A DNA stretch of 32,162 nucleotides. Source: Chrysochromulina tobinii (lineage: Eukaryota). The translations under genes and the position numbers were made by a program. The notes beneath the pieces are model-generated. The model worked only from the letters and a program-made list of their open reading frames with translations, was not told the DNA's origin and did not search any database. Where the stretch lies: the NCBI GenBank assembly GCA_001275005.1, contig JWZX01001831.1, forward strand, positions 1 to 32,162, in the 5' to 3' direction. Shown one piece after another: positions 9,460-18,947 of this stretch; position 1 is the first letter of the stretch; each line of letters starts with the position of its first letter.

Positions 9460-12144
9460 TCAACCGCTGTGCACCCGCTTCTCGAACGTACCGCGGGGCC
9501 GTTTGCTTGGTGAGACGAAGCCCAGCATTTGCAGATCGTTGGTAGCCACGACGAAGCGTGCAAGCAGCCGCTCGGCGTCCTCGCCCGAGCGCTTGGCTAG
9601 ACCATTTGATTGGAAGGCGGTGAACCACTCGACGGCGCACACCTTGCGGCCAGGGAATTCCATGAGCACTTCCGAAGCCAGCGCTGTCGACCAGCCGCTG
9701 GGTAGAGGTGCCTTAGGAGTGACGACGGCACCGCTCTTGCCGGGCCGGCGCTGCTCCGCTTTGGCCTCGGCAGCTCGCCTCTCGGCAGCCTGGCGCTCGG
9801 CAGCCGCACGCTCATCGGTCGACGCGTGTCCCCGAGGCGAAAACGAACGGAGTGGCACACCCTTCTCTACGGCGGCACAGGCCGGCCCAGCGGCTGGCTT
9901 GTGCAAACGGCGTGCCTCAGCAATAATGGCCTTCATGTGTTCCTCGAGGGCGCGCTGAGGCACGGCGCCAAAGACATGAGCAAGCCCGTCTGCCGTCGAT
10001 CCGGGCAATGCAATTGTGCCAGCTGCCGCACCTGCTGCCGACGTCGCCGCTGATGCCACTGTCGCCGCAGATGCCGCACCGCCCGTTGACTCCGCATCAC
10101 ATTGCCAGATCTCATGCAGCGGCATCGTGGACGGCCGATCAGCGTGCTCGCGCAGCAGCCGCTCGAACCACATGGCCACCCGAAGCCCATACCGCATTCC
10201 TTCCCCTCCGCTAGCGCCGCCGCTTCCAGCACTGCCACTTGGCCGGGCCGCGGCGACAGCGGCTGCCGCGCCGAGCGCCATCCGTCGCCGCTTGGCAACG
10301 CCCTCAGCTCCGCGATTCACAGCTCCGGACGGCTGCTGATTCACAGCTCCGGACGGCTGCCGATTCACAGCTGGCCGTTTACTGCCGAGAGCAGCGGGGG
10401 CTGCGGCGGACGTGGCGCTCGACTCGACGGCGGTGTGGGACTCGCCCGATGAGCTCGCGACCGCCGTCCCAGAAGTTGCAGCCGTGCTCGAGCCCGCGGC
10501 GGCGGCGAGCACGGACGTCGGCGCATCTGCCCGAGACGGCGCATCTGCCTCCGCCAGCAGCCCGTCGAGCTCGGCGAGAACACCGTCGAGCGGCGCAGCC
10601 GCTCCCTGAGAAGGGGCGGGCAGCTCTGCGGCCGTCTGCCGGAGCTGCGCGCCACAGCGCACGAGGAGCGCTCGGAGGCTCGCTTTGGAAAGCGCATCCG
10701 CACCGCTCACTCGCTCGCGGCATTTGTCGAGTGCGAGCTGCAGGGCCGTGCGCCGCGCGCCCTGCAGTTCGAGCGTGCGATGGGCGGGCCCGAGCAGCAG
10801 CTCGAGGTAGAGCTGCCGAGGCGCCGTGACCGTACGGTTGGCGCCCGGGAAGGCGAGGGCGAGGAGAGCGAGCGCACACGCGACACTCGCGGCGCGGCAT
10901 CGGCGGGCGCTAACGATCTCGCACAGCCATCGCGGCAGCGCCTCGCGCAGCAAGTCCTCGCGCTCGGTCCGGCTCCCGCTGCTGCTCGCCGGCAGCGCCG
11001 CGCTCACCGAGGGCAGCGCGAGCAGCGCACGCAGCTGCGCTGGCCCGAGGGCATCGAGCAACCCCCCCAGGCACTCCTTGGCGCTGCGGACGGCCGAAGA
11101 GCCGCGCTGCGGGGGCACGTATGGTTCGAGAGGCACCAAGAACGCGAGCAGGTGCGTGCGGAAGTGACGCAGCAGCAGCCAGTCGAGCTGACGCACGAAA
11201 GCCGTCGTCGACCCATGCTGCTCGGAGATCGCGTCGAGGAGCGACGCGTACGCCGCGGCACCCAATTGGGGAAGCATCGGTGAGCACAACAGCCGTGCTA
11301 TGATCTGGTCGAGCGTGCGCTCAGTGCTCGCGAGGGCAAAGCGCATGCCGCGTAGCAGGATGAGCGAGGAACGGTGCAGCAGCCGGTGCAGCGCCGCCAC
11401 CCCCGACGAGAGGGCGAACACGAAGCAGAGCGGAAGGGGTGCTCCGTCAGCCGAGCGCACCGAAGCGCATGCGTAGATCAGATCATTGAGCGTCTCGGCG
11501 CCAAAGTGCTCTGCATCCTCGATGATGACCACCAACGGCGTCCATGCAGCACTCTGTTCGTGCACCTCATCGCGCAGCGCGGCACCCATCGCCTGCCGCG
11601 CGCGTGCCGCAACACGGCCAGCGCACAGGTCGGTGTGCCAGCCGGCTAGCACATCGAGGTCGAACGAGCAGCCGGGCGCGATGCGGGCCGTGTTGCCGAT
11701 GAGCTGCGAGACGAGCGAGCGCGTCGCCGCGAGCAGAGAGGTGCAGTCTTTGCTGTGCAGTACGGCGACATGTGGCGAGCAGTCGACACGCATGCTGCGC
11801 TGAAGCTGCTTGAGCACCAGCGGCAGGTCGGCCGAGTTGCAGCCCGTGTGGACAATTGCGGCGGGGACTTCGACGTACGGAGGTGCTGCATCGTGTGCCC
11901 ACGCGCGCTGCAGCCGCCGCGTCGCCTCACGCAGGAACCCTGCGACCTTCTCGAGCTCAGTCTCGTTTAGGCCACGGAGCGCTGCCGCAACTTGCGCCTG
12001 GAGTTGCTGGCTGCAGCAACGATGTGCGGCGAGCCGTGCAGCAACGAAGTCGCTGCCCTCGTCAGTCACGACAGGCGTGAAGCCGTCTTGTGGAGCGACC
12101 CAAGAGGCCGCCCGGCGCAGCCTGGAGACGGCGCAAATCGACAT
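9460..12144 (-). CDS. ORC3: Origin recognition complex subunit 3
   Basis: PLVVIIEDAEHFGAETLNDLI...LPLCFVFALSSGVAALHRLL is the ORC3 AAA+-like block. C-terminal winged helix ARFVVATNDLQMLGFVSPSKR. Likely ATG 12144 (GCCATG), alternative ATG 12216; the track start 12264 is TTG. Confidence 0.9.
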   Translation of the reverse strand: MSICAVSRLRRAASWVAPQDGFTPVVTDEGSDFVAARLAAHRCCSQQLQAQVAAALRGLNETELEKVAGFLREATRRLQRAWAHDAAPPYVEVPAAIVHTGCNSADLPLVLKQLQRSMRVDCSPHVAVLHSKDCTSLLAATRSLVSQLIGNTARIAPGCSFDLDVLAGWHTDLCAGRVAARARQAMGAALRDEVHEQSAAWTPLVVIIEDAEHFGAETLNDLIYACASVRSADGAPLPLCFVFALSSGVAALHRLLHRSSLILLRGMRFALASTERTLDQIIARLLCSPMLPQLGAAAYASLLDAISEQHGSTTAFVRQLDWLLLRHFRTHLLAFLVPLEPYVPPQRGSSAVRSAKECLGGLLDALGPAQLRALLALPSVSAALPASSSGSRTEREDLLREALPRWLCEIVSARRCRAASVACALALLALAFPGANRTVTAPRQLYLELLLGPAHRTLELQGARRTALQLALDKCRERVSGADALSKASLRALLVRCGAQLRQTAAELPAPSQGAAAPLDGVLAELDGLLAEADAPSRADAPTSVLAAAAGSSTAATSGTAVASSSGESHTAVESSATSAAAPAALGSKRPAVNRQPSGAVNQQPSGAVNRGAEGVAKRRRMALGAAAAVAAARPSGSAGSGGASGGEGMRYGLRVAMWFERLLREHADRPSTMPLHEIWQCDAESTGGAASAATVASAATSAAGAAAGTIALPGSTADGLAHVFGAVPQRALEEHMKAIIAEARRLHKPAAGPACAAVEKGVPLRSFSPRGHASTDERAAAERQAAERRAAEAKAEQRRPGKSGAVVTPKAPLPSGWSTALASEVLMEFPGRKVCAVEWFTAFQSNGLAKRSGEDAERLLARFVVATNDLQMLGFVSPSKRPRGTFEKRVHSG
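10314..10372. repeat. 24-bp tandem repeat (~2.5 copies) in an ORC3 low-complexity insert
   Basis: GATTCACAGCTCCGGACGGCTGC(T/C) at 10314 and 10338, partial copy at 10362; encodes AVNRQPSGAVNQQPSGAVN. Confidence 0.9.
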
Positions 12145-12266
12145 GGCAGCGCCAAGCGCGGCAAAACTTGGGTCACGGATCAGTTCACGGATCGGTCTCA
12201 GGAAAGAGAAAGTCATCCTGGCTCGAAAGGGCGTAGATTTCTTTATGGTCAATGGACGGTGCAACT

Positions 12267-12734
12267 CTAGTTCCTACTCGTACGACCGCTGGGCTCCTCA
12301 GAAATGACGCTCTCGTCCTGCGTGAGCTGCTGGCAAAGCTGTAGTAATTGGAATGTCTGCTCCTCCGTCAAGCGCTCCTCATACTCCTCGACGAGCGTGG
12401 ATATAACGGCCCTCGAGCGTGGCTGGATGTTGATGAGTGAAAGGATCTCGCCCTGCACGAGCTTGAAGGGCGCAACCGCTGTCAGAAAGGCGGCGAGGCG
12501 CTTCTCAGTCTCCGCAGCGCAGCAGGTGCCGCCAAGATACGTGAGCACCTGCTCCGAAATCAGGGCCGCCTGCTGCCGCGATTGCCACGCCGTCGAGCCA
12601 GCCGCCTCGCCTCGGCGCGCTCCCGGAAGCGGCAGTGCCTCTTCCTCGCGCAATTGCTCCTGCTGCTGCCGCTCGAGCAGCCTCTTCACCTCAAAATTCG
12701 AGAGCACGGTCTCAGTTGCTGCGATGACGCGCAT
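12267..12734 (-). CDS. RPC9: RNA polymerase III subunit C17/RPC9 (CRCP, Rpb4-like fold), 155 aa
   Basis: N-terminus MRVIAATETVLSNFEVKRLL carries the LSNxEV signature. The HRDC part follows: FKLVQGEILSLINIQPRS...LVEEYEERLTEEQ. Confidence 0.87.
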   Translation of the reverse strand: MRVIAATETVLSNFEVKRLLERQQQEQLREEEALPLPGARRGEAAGSTAWQSRQQAALISEQVLTYLGGTCCAAETEKRLAAFLTAVAPFKLVQGEILSLINIQPRSRAVISTLVEEYEERLTEEQTFQLLQLCQQLTQDESVISEEPSGRTSRN

Positions 12735-12951
12735 TTACGATGCCAAATTGCTAGCGACGGCGAGCGGGAGCTTACCGCGAACGTCAAGGACAGAGCACGT
12801 TGGGCACGTGCGAGGGGAGCTTTTTCGGCGTCGAAAAGGCGTCGTCGTGGGCGTCAGCTAACTCGATCGCCGTCGCAGGCGATTCGGGGAGGCCTGGTGT
12901 TCGGTGGCAAAACAAAGTTCCACTTCTCGAATCGTGAACTCATCACAAAAC

Positions 12952-12959
12952 GCGGGAAA
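12952..12959 (-). promoter_or_regulatory. E2F-like site TTTCCCGC in the RPC9/NZF divergent promoter
   Basis: GCGGGAAA on the plus strand, about 25 bp before ATG 12985; a short motif that can occur by chance. Confidence 0.25.
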
Positions 12960-12984
12960 GAAATCAACTGCGCTGGGAATCAGC

Positions 12985-13515
12985 ATGGACGAGACTTTAG
13001 ACTTCTCCGCTTATGAGCTTCTCGACTCTTCGCAGCTCAACCATGTCCAGCGCCGCTGCCTTGCGGTTCTAAAGGGCGGCCGCGCCAACGACGAGCTGCG
13101 TCAGGCGGCCATCGCCATGCTCAAGTCCGGCGGTTTGCCCAAGCGAGAGGCGAAGGCTGCAGCAGCCACCACGCGCAAGCCCCTACAGCGCGCCGCTCCC
13201 AAGGCCCAGGCGCCTGCCATGAGCAGCTGGAGCTGCACCGCGTGCACGTTTGAGAACGCCTCCGGCAACGTGTGCGGGGCGTGCTCGACAGCACGGACAG
13301 CAGTGCAGACACCTCGATGTTGGTTCTGCCCAGCGTGCACGCTCGCCAACGTGGAAGGCGCTGCGCGGTGCAGCGCATGCAACGAGCCGCGCAGCAAACC
13401 GCCGGCAGCATCTGTCAAGCGGCCTGCGGACTTCGACGAAGAGGACGAGGAAGCATTTGCTGTGCGCCCTCTTCCACTGGTAAGTGCACCGAAAGATAGC
13501 TTGAGGTTACACTAG
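12985..13515 (+). CDS. Protein with two RanBP2/NZF zinc fingers; true 3' end probably spliced
   Basis: WSCTACTFENASGNVCGAC and WFCPACTLANVEGAARCSAC fit the W-x-C-x2-C-x3-N-x5/6-C-x2-C pattern. The TF dipeptide in finger 1 is the ubiquitin-binding NZF signature. ATG at 12985; consensus donor G|GTAAGT at 13480. Confidence 0.75.
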   Translation: MDETLDFSAYELLDSSQLNHVQRRCLAVLKGGRANDELRQAAIAMLKSGGLPKREAKAAAATTRKPLQRAAPKAQAPAMSSWSCTACTFENASGNVCGACSTARTAVQTPRCWFCPACTLANVEGAARCSACNEPRSKPPAASVKRPADFDEEDEEAFAVRPLPLVSAPKDSLRLH

Positions 13516-13574
13516 GGTCACTATGGTCGACGGGCCAGCCTGGCAGAGCCACGTTTACGTAACACGGTTTGCAG
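13480..13574 (+). other. Possible GT-AG intron (95 nt) in the NZF gene
   Basis: Donor CTG|GTAAGT at 13480; candidate branch-like CGTAAC near 13558; acceptor TTTGCAG| ending 13574. The acceptor choice is uncertain. Confidence 0.45.
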
Positions 13575-14165
13575 AAGAGCCAAAATTACTTCATACGATT
13601 TTTCGTCGTCGGATACACAAGTTTTGATCCCCGCTGCGCGGGGGTCCCGCCGCGAGATCGACCGGGTAACCGCTAACGGCTAACCCCCGCGGGCCGCGTT
13701 TTACCCGGGCGCCCGGGCGCCGGGGGGCGAGGTTCCCTGTGCCGAGCCGTCCGCCGCCGACGGAGGATGCGAAGGTCTGGCGGCCCCGCGGTGCGCGACG
13801 GTAACGAGATACAACCGACGGCGGACACGTGACCCTCCTCTCGACTGCTGTGGAGCGTCGACCCGACGTCGCGATTCGCGAACACGCCGGGACCGGCTGG
13901 GTGCCGACAGCGGCCTCACACCCCCCCGCGGCCCGGTCGGTGTGCGAAAAGCGGCGGTCGCGCGGTCCTAAACATTCATCACATGGGAGCCGTGCGATTC
14001 CGCGTGCGTGATGCGGTGCTCGGCGTCGCGGACGCGGCCAATTGGTGTGCTTGTGCTGATGCTTGTGCAACCGAAGCTCGAACCGCATGGCCACTGGTAG
14101 CATCCCCTCCCTTCCGCAGTGTTCGGCAGCGTGCCCTCGACCTAACAACCGGAACCCGGTCGCTC

Positions 14166-16010
14166 TCACAGGCCCAGGTACGAGCCGAGGAAGATGCGGC
14201 CGTTCCAGAGAGCGTGGATGAATACCGGTACGAGCAGGTTACGCGAGTTCACGTAGAGCACGCCCCAAAAGAATCCGGTGACCGAGAGTGGCAGCAGCAG
14301 CCCGATCTGCAAGTGCTGCGCCCCGAAGAGGATGCCCGAGACGAGGAGCGCGCCGCCGATGGGCATCGCTGCGGTGAGCGCCTGCAGGATGAAGGCGCGC
14401 GACTGCAACTCTTCAAAGATGGGGGCGCCCAGGCACGGCGCAATCGCGGCAAGCAGTAGAGAGGCGGCGGATCGGTCTGTCGGGTTCGCGAGCTGCGCGA
14501 CGAGACCCTCAGGCTTGTACGCCAGCCCCGGAAGCAGCGCCTGGTTGAGTGGCTCAATGAGATTGAAGAGGGCGACGGAGGCCGCGTAACCGCCAAGGAC
14601 CTCCGCGATCCAGGGCGCTTGCCACCGCCACCGTACCCACTTATGGGAGAAGAAGCCCGGGTGGCGCATGCGCACGAGCTGGAAGAGGCCCAGGTTGAGA
14701 ATCGTCTGCTCAAGGAGTAGTCGCACCGAGAGAGTGCGCGCGCGCGTGAGGGGCAGCCCCAGGAGCACGAGAAGCGAGACCAATGCCTCGACGAGCGGCG
14801 CCGCGAAGGAGAAGAGAAACGGTGCGCACAGCAGCAGCGCGACCGTGCTGAGCAGCTTGATACGCTCGCCGCGGGGCTCACTTGCAAAGTTGGCGCACGC
14901 CGTCGCGTCCTCGGCCGCACGCCCGATGAGCCAGGGCGGCACTGGAGGCTTGTGCAGACGCACACGTCGAGTCATCGCCGCGAGCAGCACGGCGCATCCC
15001 GCAAGTGTATCCCAGCCCAACGCGAGCTTGCCCACGACGATGCTGCGCCGAGAGAGGATGCACACGTGGGCGAGGTAGCCAGCCGCGCACAGCACGAGCT
15101 GCAGTACAGGCGAGTGCATCAGAGTAGGCACGGGGAGAGCTTCTGAGCTGCTCGGTGGCGGTCGAGTTGGCATCGCAGAGAGCGCCCCGAGGGGCGGCTG
15201 CGGCGAGGCCGCTCCGAAGGCAGGCGACTCATCCATGTCCTCAGCGGGCACAGTGGGGTCGGTTCCGTCCAACAAGGAGGGGAATATGTCGAAGATGTCG
15301 GCCACCTCGCTCACCTTCACCTCCTCCGGTCGAGGATACGGCGGCGGCGACGGAGCGGTGGCGAAAGACGGCGCAGGTGGCGACGTGGGGACAGGCTCAG
15401 GCACGATCGGCGGCGTGACAACGGGCCTCGTCGCTGGCGCCGGTGTAGGTGCAGGCAGTGCTGCTGTCGACGTTTGCTGTGCCACGAGCGGCGGCGGCGG
15501 CGAGGGCGGCGGAGGCGAGGGCGGCGGCAGCGAGGGCGGCGGCGGCAAGTCGCCGCTCAATGACCCTTGTGCCCGAATGACGGCGGCGCTCGGATAGGGG
15601 TCCCCGACTCGATAGGCTGTTTCTGCTTGCCCAGTCAAGCCCGTTGCCCAGTCAAACCCGGTTTCGGGCGCTGCTGGCGGCAGTTGCACAAGATCGAGCC
15701 CACCATTTTTCACCTTCTCGCTGGAAGCAGCTTTGCCAGCGCCGATGAATTCTTGTAGCGCTGCCCGCATTTCTTCGCGTTTCGCTTCGACGGGTGGCCG
15801 AAGCGGTTTGGAAGGAGGCGAAGGTGGATCGCGACGTGGGGCTGCTGGTGGAATATCGACATCTTTGCCAAGCAACGCATCAAGCATATCGAATGTGTCC
15901 TCACTCTCCTGCTGGGCACTTGGCCATCCGACGCGTCGAAGCTGCGGCGTTTTTACAAGTGGCGGCCATGCGCGCAGGCCGACGTCGCCGCCGAACGAGA
16001 GAGCGCGCAT
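14166..16010 (-). CDS. CPBP (Abi / type II CAAX prenyl protease-like) intramembrane glutamic protease with a Pro-rich N-terminus
   Basis: Motifs APIFEELQSR (EExxxR), LFGAQH (FxxxH) and IHALWN (HxxxN), plus multiple hydrophobic helices. First ATG is 16010; the true 5' end is uncertain. Confidence 0.87.
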   Translation of the reverse strand: MRALSFGGDVGLRAWPPLVKTPQLRRVGWPSAQQESEDTFDMLDALLGKDVDIPPAAPRRDPPSPPSKPLRPPVEAKREEMRAALQEFIGAGKAASSEKVKNGGLDLVQLPPAAPETGFDWATGLTGQAETAYRVGDPYPSAAVIRAQGSLSGDLPPPPSLPPPSPPPPSPPPPLVAQQTSTAALPAPTPAPATRPVVTPPIVPEPVPTSPPAPSFATAPSPPPYPRPEEVKVSEVADIFDIFPSLLDGTDPTVPAEDMDESPAFGAASPQPPLGALSAMPTRPPPSSSEALPVPTLMHSPVLQLVLCAAGYLAHVCILSRRSIVVGKLALGWDTLAGCAVLLAAMTRRVRLHKPPVPPWLIGRAAEDATACANFASEPRGERIKLLSTVALLLCAPFLFSFAAPLVEALVSLLVLLGLPLTRARTLSVRLLLEQTILNLGLFQLVRMRHPGFFSHKWVRWRWQAPWIAEVLGGYAASVALFNLIEPLNQALLPGLAYKPEGLVAQLANPTDRSAASLLLAAIAPCLGAPIFEELQSRAFILQALTAAMPIGGALLVSGILFGAQHLQIGLLLPLSVTGFFWGVLYVNSRNLLVPVFIHALWNGRIFLGSYLGL

Positions 16011-16182
16011 GCCGAGATTGCCACCTTTGATGAGACACAAAACATGTCACGTCAAGATTCAAGGGTGAGTCTTGCGAGAGAGCCCTTCCGTAATGTTCAT
16101 GTTGTTGAATCTCGATCCGGCTTCTATCCTTATATTATGTTCTCCGAAGGTGCACGTGCTCTCCGACGAAAGGGGACGCAAA

Positions 16183-17430
16183 ATGCTCCTGCGGCGCACA
16201 GGAGTTGTCCGCGGACTCAGTACGGTCTCCAAGTCAAATTACGGCCTCGCGACCCGACTGTGCCACCCCAAGGGCAAGGGCAAGGGCGATCCGTATAATG
16301 CATCTTCGCCAGTGCTCTACCAGACGGCGACCTTTGAGCTTCCAGGCGTGATGGAGGGTGGCGAGTTCGACTACACGCGCAGCGGCAATCCGACTCGTCA
16401 GCAGCTTGAGACTCAAATGGCCGACCTCGAGGGCGCCCACCGGTCATTTGCCTTCACCTCTGGCATGGCCGCGCTCGCCGTCGCCATGCGCCTCGTGCCT
16501 GCTGGCGGCCACATCGTCACAGGCGACGACATCTACGGCGGCACGTCGCGACTGCTCGCCAACGTGGCTCCTGCCTCGGGCGTGGCCGTGAGTAATGTCG
16601 ATATGTGTGACCGCGAGGCCGTGCGCCGCGCGATCACGCCGCATACGAAACTTGTGTGGATGGAGAGCCCAACCAACCCTCGCATGCAGATTGTCGATAT
16701 TGCAGCGATCGCGACGATGGCGCGGAGCGCCGGCGCGATTTCGATGGTCGACAACTCGATCATGGCGCCCATCTTCCAGCAGCCGCTCGCGCTCGGTTGC
16801 GATATATCGATGACCTCCGCCACCAAGTTCATCTCCGGCCACTCCGACGTGACTGCGGGCATTCTCTCCGTCGCGAGTGAGGAGCTCGCCAAGAAGGTCT
16901 ACTTCCTCCAGAACGCAGAGGGTGCTGGCCTCTCGCCCTTCGACTGCTGGCTATGCCTGCGCGGCCTCAAGACGATGTCGCTGCGCATGCAGAGGCAACA
17001 GGCCAATTGTCTGGCGATGGCCCTATGGCTCGAGAAACATCCCGCTGTGAAGCGAGTGCACTACGCAGGCCTCACGTCGCACCCTAACTACGCGCTGCAC
17101 GCCCGGCAGGCGGCAGGTGGCGGCTCGCTCCTTTCCTTCGAGACGGGCAACGTCGATCTTTCGCGTGCCCTGTCGGAGCACCTCAAGCTCTTCAAAGTGA
17201 CCGTCTCCTTTGGCTCCACCTCATCGCTCGTCTCGCTGCCGTGCTTCATGTCTCATGCATCGATTCCGAGGGAAGTTCGACAGGCGCGCGGGCTGCCTGA
17301 CGACCTGGTTCGCCTTTCCGCCGGCATCGAAGACGAGAAGGATCTCATCGAAGATCTTGAGCAAGCGATGGCCAAAGCGTGCAGCGACGTCGGTCTCGCT
17401 GTGCCTGCGGGGACACCGCACCGAAGGTAG
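16183..17430 (+). CDS. CBL: Cystathionine beta-lyase (Cys/Met metabolism PLP-dependent family)
   Basis: PVLYQTATF, DYTRSGNPTR, FTSGMAA, GDDIYGGT, ESPTNPR, VDNSIMAP, SATKFISGHSDV (PLP lysine), SLVSLPCFMSHAS and LVRLSAGIED. The DNSIM and PCFMSHAS variants fit plant/algal CBL. Likely ATG 16183. Confidence 0.9.
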   Translation: MLLRRTGVVRGLSTVSKSNYGLATRLCHPKGKGKGDPYNASSPVLYQTATFELPGVMEGGEFDYTRSGNPTRQQLETQMADLEGAHRSFAFTSGMAALAVAMRLVPAGGHIVTGDDIYGGTSRLLANVAPASGVAVSNVDMCDREAVRRAITPHTKLVWMESPTNPRMQIVDIAAIATMARSAGAISMVDNSIMAPIFQQPLALGCDISMTSATKFISGHSDVTAGILSVASEELAKKVYFLQNAEGAGLSPFDCWLCLRGLKTMSLRMQRQQANCLAMALWLEKHPAVKRVHYAGLTSHPNYALHARQAAGGGSLLSFETGNVDLSRALSEHLKLFKVTVSFGSTSSLVSLPCFMSHASIPREVRQARGLPDDLVRLSAGIEDEKDLIEDLEQAMAKACSDVGLAVPAGTPHRR

Positions 17431-17744
17431 GTCGAACCCTAGACACAAGGGTGCTGAATCACGATCGTCACTGACCTGCAGAGAGTACTGTTTCGGCGCC
17501 CGAGGTCTCTTTCAGGACTCGGACAGGACGGTATACTACTCCTGTTTTCTTTATGTTTTCTCCTCCCATTGATATCACGCGTGACAGATCTTATATTCTT
17601 ATATTCGTTAACGATACATGCTTTAACCGGTGATTGAACGGTGAGACAGTGAGGCCCGGCCTCCGAGAACGCGTGTTCTTGGGCGCTTTGCACGTTTGCA
17701 GCAAATGTGGACGGTCTGGTGCAAGGCGTCTGCTCAAGCTGCTC

Positions 17745-18647
17745 ATGGATGCACCAATTTCTGCTGCGCTTGACGGAGCCTTGGGCGAGGGCGGGACCTT
17801 GGGCGAGGATAGTCCATTCGTCGAGGACAGGAGTCATCAGGACAGGAATCCTCAGGGGACTGCTGTGATGCCACTGGCAACGGCCTGGATACTAAAGCAG
17901 TGCGGACAGACTTACGACCATTTGTTTACGGACGGTGCAGTGTGGATTCTGGGAATGGCAGCCGCCGGGTTACTTACGTATTGCTTTGCTCAGCTTGCCA
18001 TATGCTGCAGATCCATGGCCATGGAAGCATCGTTGCAAGCATCAACCGCAGAGGACAGTCATGAAATGTCGATGTTCATCCCAACGAGACAACGCCCAAG
18101 GAGCAGGGTGGCTCGGCCTGCGTTTTGTTCTGGTACCTCAGCACTGCTGATGCCGCAGGTCCTTGCAGATACACTGTTTGAGGGTGCCGGTGCTATTGAA
18201 ACTTTGGAACGCGTCGTGTGGTGTGCGCCGAGCATCATCGCCGTCGTGGTACAAGAGCACGAAGGCAGCTATCTGTTTTGTGATCTGTGGCTATTTGCAA
18301 GTGAAAAGGACGCTCTTTCAACCATTCTACGGATCGGCGGTGACAGACAAATCTCTGTAGCTCGACCCTCGCAGGTGCTCAGAGGGCTGGCCGTCGAAGA
18401 TGTCAAACGTCTTTCCAATCATTGGGCGTCACCACCATGGTCGGCCGCATTGGTGCCGCCCAAAGTTGAGTCTTCGGCCGCACCGAATGGGGATGCCGAC
18501 CCTGCGGCTAAGGGCGAGGGTGCCTCTGGCCACTTGCGCGATCCTTCGAGCTGGCTCGAACAAATAGAGGATGAGCGTCAACGACAACGGGACCACATCA
18601 AGGTGGGGCTGTGGTCAGAAAGACATCGAACGGACCACGTCTGCTGA
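17745..18647 (+). CDS. Hypothetical protein with one possible transmembrane segment
   Basis: 300-codon open frame from ATG 17745 fills the gap between CBL and the BCL7-like gene. Hydrophobic stretch GAVWILGMAAAGLLTYCFAQLAICC. No family recognised; exon structure may differ. Confidence 0.4.
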   Translation: MDAPISAALDGALGEGGTLGEDSPFVEDRSHQDRNPQGTAVMPLATAWILKQCGQTYDHLFTDGAVWILGMAAAGLLTYCFAQLAICCRSMAMEASLQASTAEDSHEMSMFIPTRQRPRSRVARPAFCSGTSALLMPQVLADTLFEGAGAIETLERVVWCAPSIIAVVVQEHEGSYLFCDLWLFASEKDALSTILRIGGDRQISVARPSQVLRGLAVEDVKRLSNHWASPPWSAALVPPKVESSAAPNGDADPAAKGEGASGHLRDPSSWLEQIEDERQRQRDHIKVGLWSERHRTDHVC

Positions 18648-18947
18648 TATCCGAGAGCGTATCGTAGAGGCGCCTGGACACTCAGATGATGGCCCAGGGG
18701 CCCTCGCGGCGCCTCTATCTGGTTGTCGTGTGTCCGCGACCGGCCGGCGAGCTTCCGCCGGTGAAGCGGTGTCAGTGAGCTTTCGTGGCGCAGAGGCGCA
18801 CTTGTGGACGGCGCGCCGTCTAAGGTGGGGACGCAACAAGGTGTAGAGAATAAAAATAGGGATCAGTTTCGCACAAACGGCATTTCGAACCACGGGTCGC
18901 TGACGCTAGTCGACATACACAATGTCTAAGCTCGGAACTCTCTCTTA

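Noticed and set aside
13664..13690. TAACC/CTAAC repeats resembling a telomerase template or telomeric repeat
   Set aside because: No CTAACCCT; units are degenerate 7-mers with only three copies.
13600..13975. Idea that the islands are reversed-but-not-complemented or otherwise artefactual sequence, since their complement reads like typical GC-rich DNA
   Set aside because: In the 5340 and 28250 islands AT still exceeds TA, which reversal should invert. Not supportable by eye, though raw-read mapping would settle it.
13768..13990. GAAGGTCTG resembling RNase P RNA CR-I
   Set aside because: No downstream CAGACC/CR-V partner to form helix P4.
18875..18900. GGTTCGAA on the minus strand resembling a tRNA T-loop
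   Set aside because: Flanks do not form a T-stem or cloverleaf.
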